The notes under the pieces are model-generated. The model was not told the DNA's origin. It saw nothing but the letters and a program-made list of their open reading frames with translations, and searched no databases. The translations under genes were made by a program, and so were the position numbers. Of a stretch of DNA of 64,000 nucleotides, positions 1 to 11,887 are shown piece after piece. Source of the DNA: Octopus bimaculoides (lineage: Eukaryota); NCBI RefSeq assembly GCF_001194135.2, contig NC_069007.1, forward strand, positions 6,139,132 through 6,203,131. The letters run 5' to 3'. The stretch's first letter is position 1, and every line of letters begins with the position of its first letter.

Positions 1-270
1 CAAGGCTGCGGCAGGGGATGGTGGTGAACCCTGCTGTACTCTTTCACCACAACTTTCTCTCACTCTTACTGCCTGTTTCTGTTGTGCCTGTAATTCAAAG
101 GGTCAGCCTTGTCACACTGTGTCACGCTGAATATCCCTGAGAACTATGTTAAGGGTACACGTGTCTGTGGAGTGCTCAGCCACTTGCACGTTAATTTCGC
201 GAGCAGGCTGTTCCATTGGTCGGATCAACTGGAACCCTCGGCGTCGTAAGCGACGGAGTGCCAACAACAA
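1..270 (+). mobile_element. tRNA-derived SINE family A, 3' part (cut by window start)
   Basis: Same body as full copies at 26082 and 43731; ends ...cgtaagcgacggagtgccaacaacaa. Confidence 0.9.
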
Positions 271-479
271 ATATATATATATATTATATATGTGTTTGTA
301 TGTGCTTGTATGCATCTGTGTGTATGTGTGTGTGTGTGTATACATGGGCAGTTGTAGTGAGACCTTGCCAGTGACAGATCATAATTAGTGCCCCAAATAT
401 TTTAACAATCATTAATAAATGCTTAAGTGATGCTAACTGATTTTGTCAGAATTTGAATGGCTAAATATGTTTCTTGCCA

Positions 480-1067
480 TGTTGCAATTGTTTAGAACTT
501 TTCTGTAACAACAAAGAAATTTTCTTAGATCCTGATACCTCTACCCATTTACCAGCATTCCCAGCTTTACTTGGAATTTGAGCTAAGAATTATCGATTTG
601 GTCTTATATGAGAATTATTTCTTGCCTCTGATGTTTAGTATCAACACTCTGTTATTGAGAAAAGTCTCATTTAATGAACAGTATGGTGATAAGGCACCAA
701 TTTAAAACCGTTTTTGTTCACTTCTCCTGAAGGCTGGAAAGATAACACATTAAAACCGATTTCATGAACAGAATGGTTATTTTAGTAGAACGATGAAAAG
801 TAAGAAGCAACGTTTTCCTGTCTTATCTTTTACATTTATCTTCCACCAATCTTGGCAGACTGGCAGGAACATCCATAATAAACTCTACAACACTAAATGC
901 TACCATTTTATGATTGTGATCAAAATAGCATTGGATAAGGTTTTGAAAATTCTAAGGAAAAAAGTATTCTTTGAAACATGAAGAGATAGGCAGGTTTCGA
1001 AATGCCTAGAATTTCTAAGCAATGGGTTTTAAAGCTTTGGAAAATGCCAAAGAAAATTATATGTCTG

Positions 1068-1139
<72 letters not shown>

Positions 1140-1600
1140 TTTTAAAACATTGGGTATTTCAGATAGATGTCTGAGAAAGATTCTAAGCGCTACCAAATTT
1201 GAAATGGCAAAGAACAGCATATGCATTTTGCTATCTCTTGTCATTAATTCTGTAGCTTATTTTTGCTGCAGATTGGTTTTTAGAATGTCTGATATTAGAA
1301 CGGAAGTGTCTTTGAGAAGTTGAAGAATGTTTGAAATATTTGAAGAGTGTAGGCTCATGTCTTTTAAAGAGTTGAAGAATGCATATCATCATTACTATCA
1401 CCATCATCATCGTCATCATCGTCGTCGTCATCGTCATCATCATTGTCATCATCATCATTGTCATTGTAATCACCATTATGATAATCTTTGTAGAGGCAGA
1501 CTCTCAACAACAGCAAGACGCCCTTCTTCTTGAGACAGTAGTATTTTACCAAAACAGAGACATTGTAAACCAAGGACATTCATTGCAGGGTGGGGACAAA
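480..1600 (+). pseudogene. Decayed LRR-like coding fragments
   Basis: + strand pieces ELRIIDL, KTLGISDRCL, KFEMAKNSI, LETVVFYQNRDI resemble LxxLxLxxNxL; many stops and microsatellite interruptions. Confidence 0.3.
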
Positions 1601-1715
1601 ATAAGGAGATGCAACCATACACATATACTCATGCACACATACACACAAACCAATTCACACACACATATCTATATCTTTCTATCTATCTACCTATCTCATT
1701 CTTTCTTTCTCTCTC

Positions 1716-1765
<50 letters not shown>

Positions 1766-1770
1766 TTTAG

Positions 1771-1919
1771 TTATATAAGGGCATTACTATACATGAATGC
1801 CTCACGCTAAGAGGGACTCTAAGGTCAAACTACTATAATAAACACATTTTATTATAGTAGTTTGACCTTAGAGTCCCTCTTAACGTGAGGCATTCTTGTA
1901 TAGTAATGCCCTTATATAA
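1771..1919. repeat. Near-perfect hairpin, 72-bp arms, 5-nt loop
   Basis: 1771-1842 is the reverse complement of 1848-1919 with 2 mismatches. Confidence 0.95.
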
Positions 1920-2127
1920 ATAAATACATTTTGGGGAATAAATGATGGATTTTTCCCTTATGAGGTTTTTTTCACGCTAGCTACTTGATAAATTCTTATA
2001 AAAGAATTCATCCTATTATTGAATTAATTATATGTATGTATATATATATATAGAGAGAGAGATAGATAGATAGGTAGGTAGGTAAGTAGGTAGGTATAAA
2101 TAAATATAAATATATACATACTTATAT

Positions 2128-2285
2128 AACAGGTTTCTTACAGTTTCCATCTAACAAATCCACTTACAAGAATTTGTTTGGCCCAGTAGAAGAAATTTGC
2201 CCTTATGCACCACACAGTGGTACTGAACCAGAAACCCTGTGGTTGGTTGGCAGCTGAATTTGTTAACCACATAGTTATGTCTGTG
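2128..2285 (-). mobile_element. Old CORE-type SINE family C, 5' half
   Basis: Diverged match to the head of the family C copy at 52141. Confidence 0.7.
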
Positions 2286-2319
2286 CATCACGAACAGGCC
2301 TACACTTCATTGCTGTGCC

Positions 2320-2560
2320 CGGCACTCTTTGAAACTTTGAAACGTGCAGACAAAGTATCTTTAAATGGTTGAAGAATTCACGTGAATCTTTTGGAAAGAA
2401 CTGTAGTATGCAAATGAGTCTCATAAAATTTCCAAGAACTGCAAACTATAATGTCTTTGAACAGCTGGAGAAGGAGAATGTCTGGTAATCTGAAAGGTTC
2501 TGATAATTGATTTTTATAGAGGAAAATATTTTTAAACACAGTTGTTTCTAGTAAGAAATG
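2320..2560 (+). pseudogene. Decayed LRR-like fragment
   Basis: FETLKRADKVSLNG*RI, FQELQTIMSLN, IFIEENIF in shifted frames. Confidence 0.3.
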
Positions 2561-2767
2561 GTTCTGTCTTTGATTGGATATCTTTTATTTTTAGCACTTA
2601 GCTCCATTCTGATTGAGTAGATATGTGACAAGGTTTCACACAGTCTCCCTCTTCTAAATTGTACTTGAAAGGCATTGGTGAACCTAAAACTATGATAAAC
2701 GATATTTACCTGAAGTAATGTATAAGGGAGTGCTGTACAGTTTCTGGCTATCATCATCATCATTATT

Positions 2768-3118
2768 ATCATCATCATCATCGTTTAACGTCCGCTTTCC
2801 ATGCTAGCATGGGTTGGACGATTTGACTGAGGACTGGTGAGCTAGATAGCTACACCAGGCTCCAATCTGATTTGGCAGAGTTTCTACAGCTGGATGCCCT
2901 ACCTAACGCCAACCACTCCGAGAGTGTAGTGGGTGATTTACGTGCCACCGGCACGAAGGCCAGTCAGGCGGTACTGGTGACGACCACGCTCGAAATGGTG
3001 TATTTTACGTGCCACCTGCACAGGAGCCAGTCCAGCGGCACTGGCAATGATCTCGCTCGAATTTCTTGTCACGTGCCACTGGCACAAGTGCCAGGGAGGC
3101 GACGTTGGTAACGATCAA
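2768..3118 (-). mobile_element. Non-autonomous retroelement/SINE family B with (GAT)n tail
   Basis: Reverse complement of ggttggcgttaggaagggcatccagc...ggacgttaaacgatgat; multicopy in window. Confidence 0.85.
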
Positions 3119-3119
3119 C

Positions 3120-3305
3120 GGCCACACTCAAAGAAAATACAGAAGGGTCGATTAATTATGATTTTATTCAACCTTCTCAGATTCACACACTTATTGCAGA
3201 GATCCTTTAGTTTTTCTAATCCATGGGAAAGTACTCAGAAGGTTCGTCCTCCAAGCAAGACCTTTCGCAATATCTTTAAAGCCAGATACTTTTAAGCAGC
3301 CCCTT
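3120..3305. mobile_element. Degenerate mariner-derived MITE
   Basis: Similar to MITEs at 4792 and 58409. Confidence 0.55.
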
Positions 3306-3330
3306 TGTGTGCGTGTGTGTGTGTGTGTGT

Positions 3331-3553
3331 ATCATCATCATCGTTTAACGTCCGCTTTCCATGCTAGCATGGGTTGGACGATTTGACTGAGGACTGGTGC
3401 AACCGGATGGCTACACCAGGCTCCAATCTAATTTGGCAGAGTTTCTACAGCTGGATGCCCTTCCTAACGCCAACCACTCAGAGAGTGTAGTGGGTGCTTT
3501 TACGTGTCACCCACACGAAAATGGCCACGCTCGAAATGGTGTCTTTTATGTGC
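3331..3553 (-). mobile_element. Family B copy (runs into gap)
   Basis: Near-identical to 2768-2940. Confidence 0.85.
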
Positions 3554-4494
3554 NNNNNNNNNNNNNNNNNNNNNNNNNNNNNNNNNNNNNNNNNNNNNNN
3601 NNNNNNNNNNNNNNNNNNNNNNNNNNNNNNNNNNNNNNNNNNNNNNNNNNNNNNNNNNNNNNNNNNNNNNNNNNNNNNNNNNNNNNNNNNNNNNNNNNNN
3701 NNNNNNNNNNNNNNNNNNNNNNNNNNNNNNNNNNNNNNNNNNNNNNNNNNNNNNNNNNNNNNNNNNNNNNNNNNNNNNNNNNNNNNNNNNNNNNNNNNNN
3801 NNNNNNNNNNNNNNNNNNNNNNNNNNNNNNNNNNNNNNNNNNNNNNNNNNNNNNNNNNNNNNNNNNNNNNNNNNNNNNNNNNNNNNNNNNNNNNNNNNNN
3901 NNNNNNNNNNNNNNNNNNNNNNNNNNNNNNNNNNNNNNNNNNNNNNNNNNNNNNNNNNNNNNNNNNNNNNNNNNNNNNNNNNNNNNNNNNNNNNNNNNNN
4001 NNNNNNNNNNNNNNNNNNNNNNNNNNNNNNNNNNNNNNNNNNNNNNNNNNNNNNNNNNNNNNNNNNNNNNNNNNNNNNNNNNNNNNNNNNNNNNNNNNNN
4101 NNNNNNNNNNNNNNNNNNNNNNNNNNNNNNNNNNNNNNNNNNNNNNNNNNNNNNNNNNNNNNNNNNNNNNNNNNNNNNNNNNNNNNNNNNNNNNNNNNNN
4201 NNNNNNNNNNNNNNNNNNNNNNNNNNNNNNNNNNNNNNNNNNNNNNNNNNNNNNNNNNNNNNNNNNNNNNNNNNNNNNNNNNNNNNNNNNNNNNNNNNNN
4301 NNNNNNNNNNNNNNNNNNNNNNNNNNNNNNNNNNNNNNNNNNNNNNNNNNNNNNNNNNNNNNNNNNNNNNNNNNNNNNNNNNNNNNNNNNNNNNNNNNNN
4401 NNNNNNNNNNNNNNNNNNNNNNNNNNNNNNNNNNNNNNNNNNNNNNNNNNNNNNNNNNNNNNNNNNNNNNNNNNNNNNNNNNNNNNNNNATATA

Positions 4495-4664
4495 TACACT
4501 CTTGGAGTGGTTGGCGTTAGGAAGGGCATCCTGCTGTAGAAACTCTGCCAAATTAGATTGGAGCCTGGTGTTGCCATCCGGTTTCACCAGTCCTCAGTCA
4601 AATCGTCCAACCCATGCTAGCATGGAAAGCGGACGTTAAACGATGATGATGATGATGATGATGA
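4495..4664 (+). mobile_element. Family B 3' end with (GAT)n tail
   Basis: ggttggcgttaggaagggcatcc...ggacgttaaacgatgatgat. Confidence 0.85.
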
Positions 4665-4673
4665 TATATATAT

Positions 4674-4710
4674 CGATGAACGGGAACGTGAAACTCAGAG
4701 TAACACTCTT
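4674..4710 (+). ncRNA. 5'-truncated minimal type-I hammerhead ribozyme motif (PLE-type)
   Basis: c-GATGA acg(ggaa)cgt GAAA ctc-a-gag TA; the core U and the 5' strand of stem I are lost to a (TA)n tract. Confidence 0.45.
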
Positions 4711-4744
4711 TTGTTATATTTCTGCTGCTTTTAAATAAAGTGTG

Positions 4745-4777
<33 letters not shown>

Positions 4778-4791
4778 ATGTGTGTGTGCAT

Positions 4792-4988
4792 ATGAGGGTC
4801 TGCTGAAAAGTTGCAGGAGGATCAGTTAATTATGGTTTTATTCAACATATTCCCCTCTCAAATTCACACACCTATTGTTGTGGTCCTTCAGTTTTTTCTG
4901 AGTCCTGTAAATGAACTCAGAAGGTTGGGGCTCCAACGAGGCCTTTTGCGACACCCTTAAAACCAGGAACTTTTCACTTCACCCTTGT
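4792..4988. mobile_element. Mariner-derived MITE
   Basis: Ends gagggtctgctgaaaagtt / aacttttcacttcacccttg with TA flanks. Confidence 0.7.
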
Positions 4989-5064
4989 ATTATGAGATTG
5001 AAACCCTTAACTATATATTTGAAGAGTAAACATCAAAACTGAAACAGCCCATATTAGTACCATT

Positions 5065-5755
5065 ACATGCCTGATTGACCAGACAGAGAGAATATTTCCT
5101 CACAGTTTCTGTCGATCACATTCCACAAACAAAACCAAAAATTATGTCAAATAACATTCTCCCAAAATAGTGTGAAGTGGGATTGAAACCTAACCTACAT
5201 AGTTATACAGTAAACAACTCAACCACACAGCCTATATTAACAAGACCTGATTGGCCAGATATAGAACATGCTTCCTCAAAGTTTCCATCTATCAAATTAT
5301 ACAGACAAATCCAAACTCATGATAAAGAACATTTGCCCAAAATTATGTGAAATGGGACTGAAACCTAACCAACATAGGTGTTTAGTAAACATCTCAGCCA
5401 TGTAGTTCATATTAGCACCAAGTCAGACCTGATTGAATAAAAATATGACACGCTTCCTCACAATTTCTTGCTACCAAATTTTACAAACTAATCTAAAATT
5501 ATGATAAAGGACGTTCACCCAAAATGGTGAGAAATGGGATTGAAACCAGACTAACATAGTTCTACCGTGCAGTTCATATTAGCACCAAATTAGGTCTGAG
5601 TGAGTAGACATATCATAAGCTTCCACACAGTTTTCGTCTATCAAATTCTAAATGACATTTGACCAAAATGGCAGAAAGTGGGATTGAAAACTGTACAATG
5701 AATTTCCAAAGTTTACAAAGCAAACATTTCAACTACAACAACCTATATTAATATT
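5065..5755 (-). repeat. Tandem array of 4 diverged ~170-bp SINE-C head units
   Basis: Recurrent attagcacc...cttcctcaca.ttt...cccaaaat...gggattgaaacc blocks starting near 5071, 5234, 5410, 5577. Confidence 0.75.
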
Positions 5756-5899
5756 AACACCTATTCTTCTTCCCATGTATAAATTTCTGGTCTCTTGCCA
5801 TTGTATTGAATCAATATTACATTCTGGTTAAAGACTTACATGAGTCAAGATAATACATTATTACTGAGATAATAAATCATATATTCTTCACTCCACACC

Positions 5900-6630
5900 A
5901 TAATTGAATTTATCTAACAATCCAATCCTAACTCACTTATTGACCAATTCTTACTGGCAGTCAATACCGGCCATCACTAGTTTTCTTGGATTCTTAATGT
6001 TACCCTGGTGATAATACAGCTCCAATTAGTGTTAAATGATTATTGTATCTATACAAAGATATAATGCCTTTTTTTTTTCCAATATTTTCCCGACCGATGG
6101 AAGATGAGTTGCATTGCAAATTGTAATCATTGGATATGTAGTTAGGATACATTATGTTGTTTGTGGTGTTGTTTCTGTTGCTGCTACTGTCATAGCTGTT
6201 GCTGTTGTTAAGCATGTGGTTGCAGATATGGATGACTTTTGCAGAAGTCCACTCTGCAGCTTCATCAATCTGAGTTTGCTTCTACTGCAGACCACCTTAG
6301 GTAGTTGTCTGCTACCATAGATTCAGGTTGATGAATATATTGTAACGTGATTGAATGCAGCAGATTTGATTGATGAAAATCATGTTTGTAAGTATGAATA
6401 TATATGTGATTATATAAAACTTTATACAAGAAGATGGAGGAAAACAGGATTTTATAACAGATTGCAACATTTGTTTCTGTGCTTTAACACCAGCTTTAAG
6501 TTGTTGAGTTTTCATTCTCACACATTACATAAAAATTATTTTATAAATAATTACATAAATGAATATGATTCAGCAACAACTGTGTGTTTGTTGGTACTTC
6601 ATCAGGTAGATTATTCTAAAGGCACTGCTG
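5900..6630 (+). pseudogene. Decayed Toll-like-receptor-like C-terminal half (LRR, LRR-CT, TM, TIR-like)
   Basis: LNLSNNPI at 5904; LHC[fs]NCNHWICS* at 6109-6145; DDFCRS plus hydrophobic stretch to 6317; KYEY...W...SFKLLSFH...INNYINEYDSATTVCLL in the same frame (6114-6630, two stops). Confidence 0.5.
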
Positions 6631-6960
6631 ACGGTGGTGGTGGTGGTGGTGGTGACGATGATGACGATGAAAATGACAGTGATGACAACGATAGCAATAG
6701 TGATGATGGCAATAATAATGAAAATGATTATGATCCTGATGAAGATGAGAGTAATGTCATTAAAGACGATGACGAAGACAGGGATGATGATAATGATAAC
6801 GATGACGAAGATGAAAATGACAACAGCGATGACAACGATGGTGTTGACGTTGAAAACTGTTATTATCATTGAAGAAAATATCGATGATAGTGATGATGAC
6901 GAAGACAATGACAACAACGATGACAACAATGCTAATGATGCTGATGACATTAAATATAAT
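6630..6960 (+). repeat. Cryptic (GAT/GAC/GGT)n trinucleotide tract
   Basis: Visible degenerate triplet repeat; source of poly-D/M ORFs. Confidence 0.9.
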
Positions 6961-7415
6961 TACATCTAAAGATTATCTTCCATTAGCAGCATTCATACAC
7001 CAAAAATATTTGGCCATTTTTCATTCCACCACCTCCATTTCTGACATAATAACCTATAGAAACAACAAAACAAAATGCCCTACTTCTAACCCCATCTGTC
7101 CCCTTTTTTTTTTCCTTTTCTGTCCCCTTTGCTCCGCATGATGGTTTCTATGGATGTTTATATTATTTTCTGATTTACTTTGTAAGAATTCTGACAATTC
7201 GGAACGTAATAATACCTTTTGTTCTGTTTACTGTGACAAACATCAAACCCCCACCACTGGGGCTGGTTTTCGTGGTTCCATTATTCCAACTAAACAAAAC
7301 AACAGGAAAACAGAACCTCACACATCTACCCACCTGTATATAAATACATAAATAGGTATGTATGTGTGTTTATATATACTTATATATAGACACACACTCA
7401 TACACAAACACACAC

Positions 7416-7464
<49 letters not shown>

Positions 7465-7823
7465 CACATATATATNNNNNNNNNNNNNNNNNNNNNNNNN
7501 NNNNNNNNNNNNNNNNNNNNNNNNNNNNNNNNNNNNNNNNNNNNNNNNNNNNNNNNNNNNNNNNNNNNNNNNNNNNNNNNNNNNNNNNNNNNNNNNNNNN
7601 NNNNNNNNNNNNNNNNNNNNNNNNNNNNNNNNNNNNNNNNNNNNNNNNNNNNNNNNNNNNNNNNNNNNNNNNNNNNNNNNNNNNNNNNNNNNNNNNNNNN
7701 NNNNNNNNNNNNNNNNNNNNNNNNNNNNNNNNNNNNNNNNNNNNNNNNNNNNNNNNNNNNNNNNNNNNNNNNNNNNNNNNNNNNNNNNNNNNNNNNNNNN
7801 NNNNNNNNNNNNNNNNNNNNNNN

Positions 7824-7861
<38 letters not shown>

Positions 7862-8344
7862 ACACAACATATATCATTTGTAATAAATACACACACAAAA
7901 CACTCACACGCTCACACACAAACACACAGAGGCAGACAAAGGAGAAATTGCAATATAGTTGCATTTCTGTAATAGGTTGTGTGCCAGAGATGGGGGTAGA
8001 AGTTAGTGGGGGTGAGGCAGGAAGGTAATAGTAGAGGGGGTGGGGGTGAAGGCAATAAAAATTATATCACAATCCTAAAAAAGAGGAAAGAGAAATAAAC
8101 CAAACAAAAACAAAAAAGTTCTCTTCATCTTTGGATTCATTTTAAAAGGAACAAATAAAATGAAATTGAATAAATAATAGAAAAAGTCTTTCAGTTGTTA
8201 TGTTTTATTTTATTTTATTTGTTTTGATTTGTTTGTTGGCTTCTTTCTTTATTTGCGTTTATTCTTTTCCTGGTTCCAGTCATTAGACGTTAGTCATAAT
8301 GGTCAAGCTTACAATGAGACACACAGACACACATGTTTGAGGTA

Positions 8345-8780
8345 GTATTAATAAATAAATAACTTATCTACCTAATTTTTAACATCATCTCTTTCAAAGG
8401 AGTCCCACTGTGCAGCAATACATCAGTCCCAGCATTCTTGCCACTTTTGGAATCTGGCTTAGAAGTCATTTTCTGTAAGCGAGTCGAGGACTTTCTGCGA
8501 TTGGCTCTAGATTTCAACAACACTCTTAAAATGTGACCTCTGAAGTGCATTTTCCTCTTGGAGAAGAAATGGAAGACCGTAATTACTAAATCTGGTGAAT
8601 AGGAAGTGATATCATGTTCAGAGTGAGGACAACTTGGTGGTGGGGTACATTATTGTTGTTCAGAATCCAATTCTTCATGAAAGCAGAGGTCCAGTTACTT
8701 TCACTGCATATCCTCTCTCAAATGCTTCAAAATGTCACAGTAATAAAGTATTGTAATTCGCTTGAAGCATTGTGTATTGT
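8345..8780 (-). mobile_element. Mariner transposase C-terminal relic
   Basis: Minus strand: KNWILNNNNVPHH, SYSPDL, FQKWQECWD*CIAAQWDSFE. Confidence 0.75.
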
Positions 8781-9099
8781 TTGTAAAGTATAAAAAGTTT
8801 TAGAATGGTACAACAATGCATTATAAAACCAAAAATGGACTATATACCTGTTGTAATTTGGTTATCTATAGTCCAATGATATTTCGGAATTACAATTCCT
8901 TCTTCAGATCTTCTTAGATGGAATCTCTGCTATAAACTGTTTTCCAACGGTTTTCTTTCTTCGGAAGTGTCTCAGTAGTGGTCTCACGAAGCTTCTTCTG
9001 GAATTCCTTATTGCGTTTTTAAATTTTGAAATCTATATTCTTTCAAGAATTCTATTTTTGAATCATTTTGAAATCTATTTTGTTTTTTTTTTCTTCTAG

Positions 9100-10223
9100 T
9101 TAATTTTTGTTTATTTTCAGATCATTAAAATGTCAAGTTAAGAAAAACAACTATTTTTGACACCTCCTCCTTTTTGCTTTTAATCAAGGTTCTAAGGCCA
9201 CATAAGCTTCTCGCAACATTTGTGCTGTGAATGCAGAGAGTGCCATAGCTGAAAGAACCGTTCGTGATTGGTATGTCAAGTTCAAAAATGGAAATTTTTG
9301 ACCTCAAAGACACACCTCGCTCTCGCCGTCCTGTTGTGTTCAATCAAGAGCGATTAAACCAACTTTTGCATGAAAATTCTCGTCAAACAACAAGGGAACT
9401 GGCAGAGAAAATGGAATGCTCCCACACTGCTATAGAGAAGCATCTTCATTCGATGGGAAAGGTTCAGAAGTATGGAGCATGNNNNNNNNNNGGAATGCTC
9501 CCACACTGCTATAGAGAAGCATCTTCATTCGATGGGAAAGGTTCAGAAGTATGGAGCATGGGTTCCGCATGCTTTAAGTGACAACAACAAAAATCAACGA
9601 GCCACAATCTCCTCTGGTTTGCTTGCTTGTCACCGCTCAACTCATGGACACAAGCAAAGATTTCTTTACTGAATCGTTACTGGCGACGAAAAATGGTGCC
9701 TGTACATCAATATGAAGCAGCGTAAGGAATGGCTTAAACCTGGTAAGCAAACCAAACGGTCAATGCGGACTTCTATGTTCAAGATGGAACGACTCAACAC
9801 GGGTATTCAAGAGAAAGGTTTAATCGGCAGCATGGAGTCCTTCTGCTGCACAACAACACCTGCCTTCATATCGCCAATATGACCAAGGAAGCCATTCAAA
9901 CGCATGGCTTGGAAGTGCTGCCACACCCACCATACTCTCCTGATTTGGCACCAACAGATTTCCACCTCTTTCGATCTCTTTCAAATGCTATGCGCGGAGT
10001 TTCGTTCAATACTGATGCAGAATTGAGAGCTTGGTTGGATCAATCTTTTGAGTTGAAATCGGGTGATTTCTACCAACGAGGTATTGAAAATCTTGTTGAA
10101 CATTGAGAAGAAGCTGTAAACAACAAGGGTGAATACATTATTGATTAATTAGTTGTTATTTTTTATTAAACCTTTTAAAAACTTTAAATTTTTAAAAACC
10201 GCAGGAACTTAGTTGCCAACCCA

Positions 10224-10226
<3 letters not shown>
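9100..10226 (+). mobile_element. Mariner (DD34D) element, pseudogenised; 3' TIR present, 5' TIR not found
   Basis: WVPHAL, IVTGDEKW, LLHNN(=DN)...HPPYSPDLAPTD with 34-residue spacing; TIR aaaaaccgcaggaacttagttgccaacccaa+TA at 10194-10226; stops and an internal deletion. Confidence 0.95.
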
Positions 10227-10273
<47 letters not shown>

Positions 10274-10336
10274 ATACACTTATATGTACTTATGTATATA
10301 TACAGGCATGGCTGTGTGGTAAGAAGCTTGCTTCCC

Positions 10337-10900
10337 GTGCATGTGTCAGTCTATTCGCTGTGTTGATTTTTGACGAGTTGGATGGGATTTTTTGAGCTGC
10401 TTGGCAGTGGTTGTCAGTGAGTGTTATACCGGTGGAAAAAATGTATTCAGACCTTAGCGAGTATGAGCTGTCCTCAGCAGAGGAGGAGCTCATTAAGGCA
10501 GTAAATAGAATGGATGAGCATTTGGAAAGAGTAAAGAGTTTTGCTGAGGCTGCAGAGATGAAGAAAAGGGAAGTGGAGCTAGGTGGAGTGGATGAAGATG
10601 GAAAAAGTAGAAAAGGCATTGAAGAAGACTATATTAAAAAAAACATGCAGGAAAATTTTTAACAAACTGAAATTATCTCTACTTCCAGAGAGGGTAGAAC
10701 AATTGCCTGGTGTGAACTGGGACCAAATTTGAGTGGAACAATGGAAATAATCATAAGAATTAAGAATTCTCTGAAATTGATGTGCCATTAATGCAAAGGT
10801 AGTTTCATTGTCTGGAGAAGACCACTGAACATATGTGTTTCTACCATAATAGGCATCATCAGCACAGCAAATTTCATGTCTTGTCCCTGGTAGGACAAGA
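10337..10900 (+). pseudogene. Unidentified decayed coding segment (coiled-coil-like) directly behind a SINE-C head
   Basis: Purine-rich, codon-like; frame ACVSLFAVLIFDELDGIF*AAWQWLSVSVIPVEKMYSDLSEYELSSAEEELIKAVNRMDEHLERVK... continuing after a frameshift at ~10660. Confidence 0.4.
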
Positions 10901-11266
10901 CAGGCATATACAGAAAAAATAAGAAACATTTATGGTCAATGTAATTCGCATATACAAAGATACAACACACACAGAGTCTCTCTCTCTTTCTTTCTCTCTC
11001 TCTCTGTTTCCAACTGGACAAGTTATGTATTGATCTCTTCAGCATGAAACCAGTAGAAGAAGGTTCTCGCTTTGCAAGTACTTGATGACTCCACTAATGT
11101 TGGTGCCACATAGTAATGCAGTTAGTACACTTTGTAAAGTGGTGGGCATTAGGAAAGGCATCAAGCTGTAGGGACCAAGCAAAAGCAGTGGTCATTTGAG
11201 CTCAATGAAGTCCCTAGACTGGTCAGACCCTGTTAAACCATTCAACCCCTGATGGCATGGTGAAAC

Positions 11267-11839
11267 AGATTCTCTTTTATTCTGTTTTACTTGTTTCAGT
11301 CATTCGACTGCGGCCATGCTGGAGCACTGCCTTTAGTCGAGCAAATCGACCCCAGGACATATTCTTTGTAAGCCTAGTACTTATTTTATCGGTCTCTTTT
11401 TGCCGAACCGCTAAGTTACGGGGACGTAAACACACCAGCATCAGTTGTCAAGCGATGTTGGGGATGATAGACACAAACACACATACATATATATATATAT
11501 ATATANNNNNNNNNNNNNNNNNNNNNNNNNNNNNNNNNNNNNNNNNNNNNNNNNNNNNNNNNNNNNNNNNNNNNNNNNNNNNNNNNNNNNNNNNNNNNNN
11601 NNNNNNNNNNNNNNNNNNNNNNNNNNNNNNNNNNNNNNNNNNNNNNNNNNNNNNNNNNNNNNNNNNNNNNNNNNNNNNNNNNNNNNNNNNNNNNNNNNNN
11701 NNNNNNNNNNNNNNNNNNNNNNNNNNNNNNNNNNNNNNNNNNNNNNNNNNNNNNNNNNNNNNNNNNNNNNNNNNNNNNNNNNNNNNNNNNNNNNNNNNNN
11801 NNNNTTAATTAATATATGATTAATTAACAGATTTTATAA

Positions 11840-11887
<48 letters not shown>

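Noticed and set aside
3397-4639. Long ORFs of 340-380 aa in the ORF track
   Set aside because: Almost entirely N-gap translated as X; the same applies to ORFs at 7.3, 11.3, 12.5, 14.1, 31.4, 35.8, 58.0 and 62.2 kb
6351-6630. Reading this frame as LRRs (LQHLFLCFN) instead of TIR
   Set aside because: The words fit both, but the position after LRR-CT and TM favours TIR; ambiguity is reflected in the 0.5 confidence
9411-9561. Tandem duplication inside the mariner ORF
   Set aside because: Exact repeat on both sides of a 10-N gap, an unmerged contig overlap; same artefact at 23567-23662 and 57279-57420
10579-10929. Minus-strand exon (GTRHEICCADDAYYGRN...) with a good acceptor-like tract
   Set aside because: No convincing donor and no recognisable protein; the opposite strand explains the composition better; cannot be excluded without RNA data
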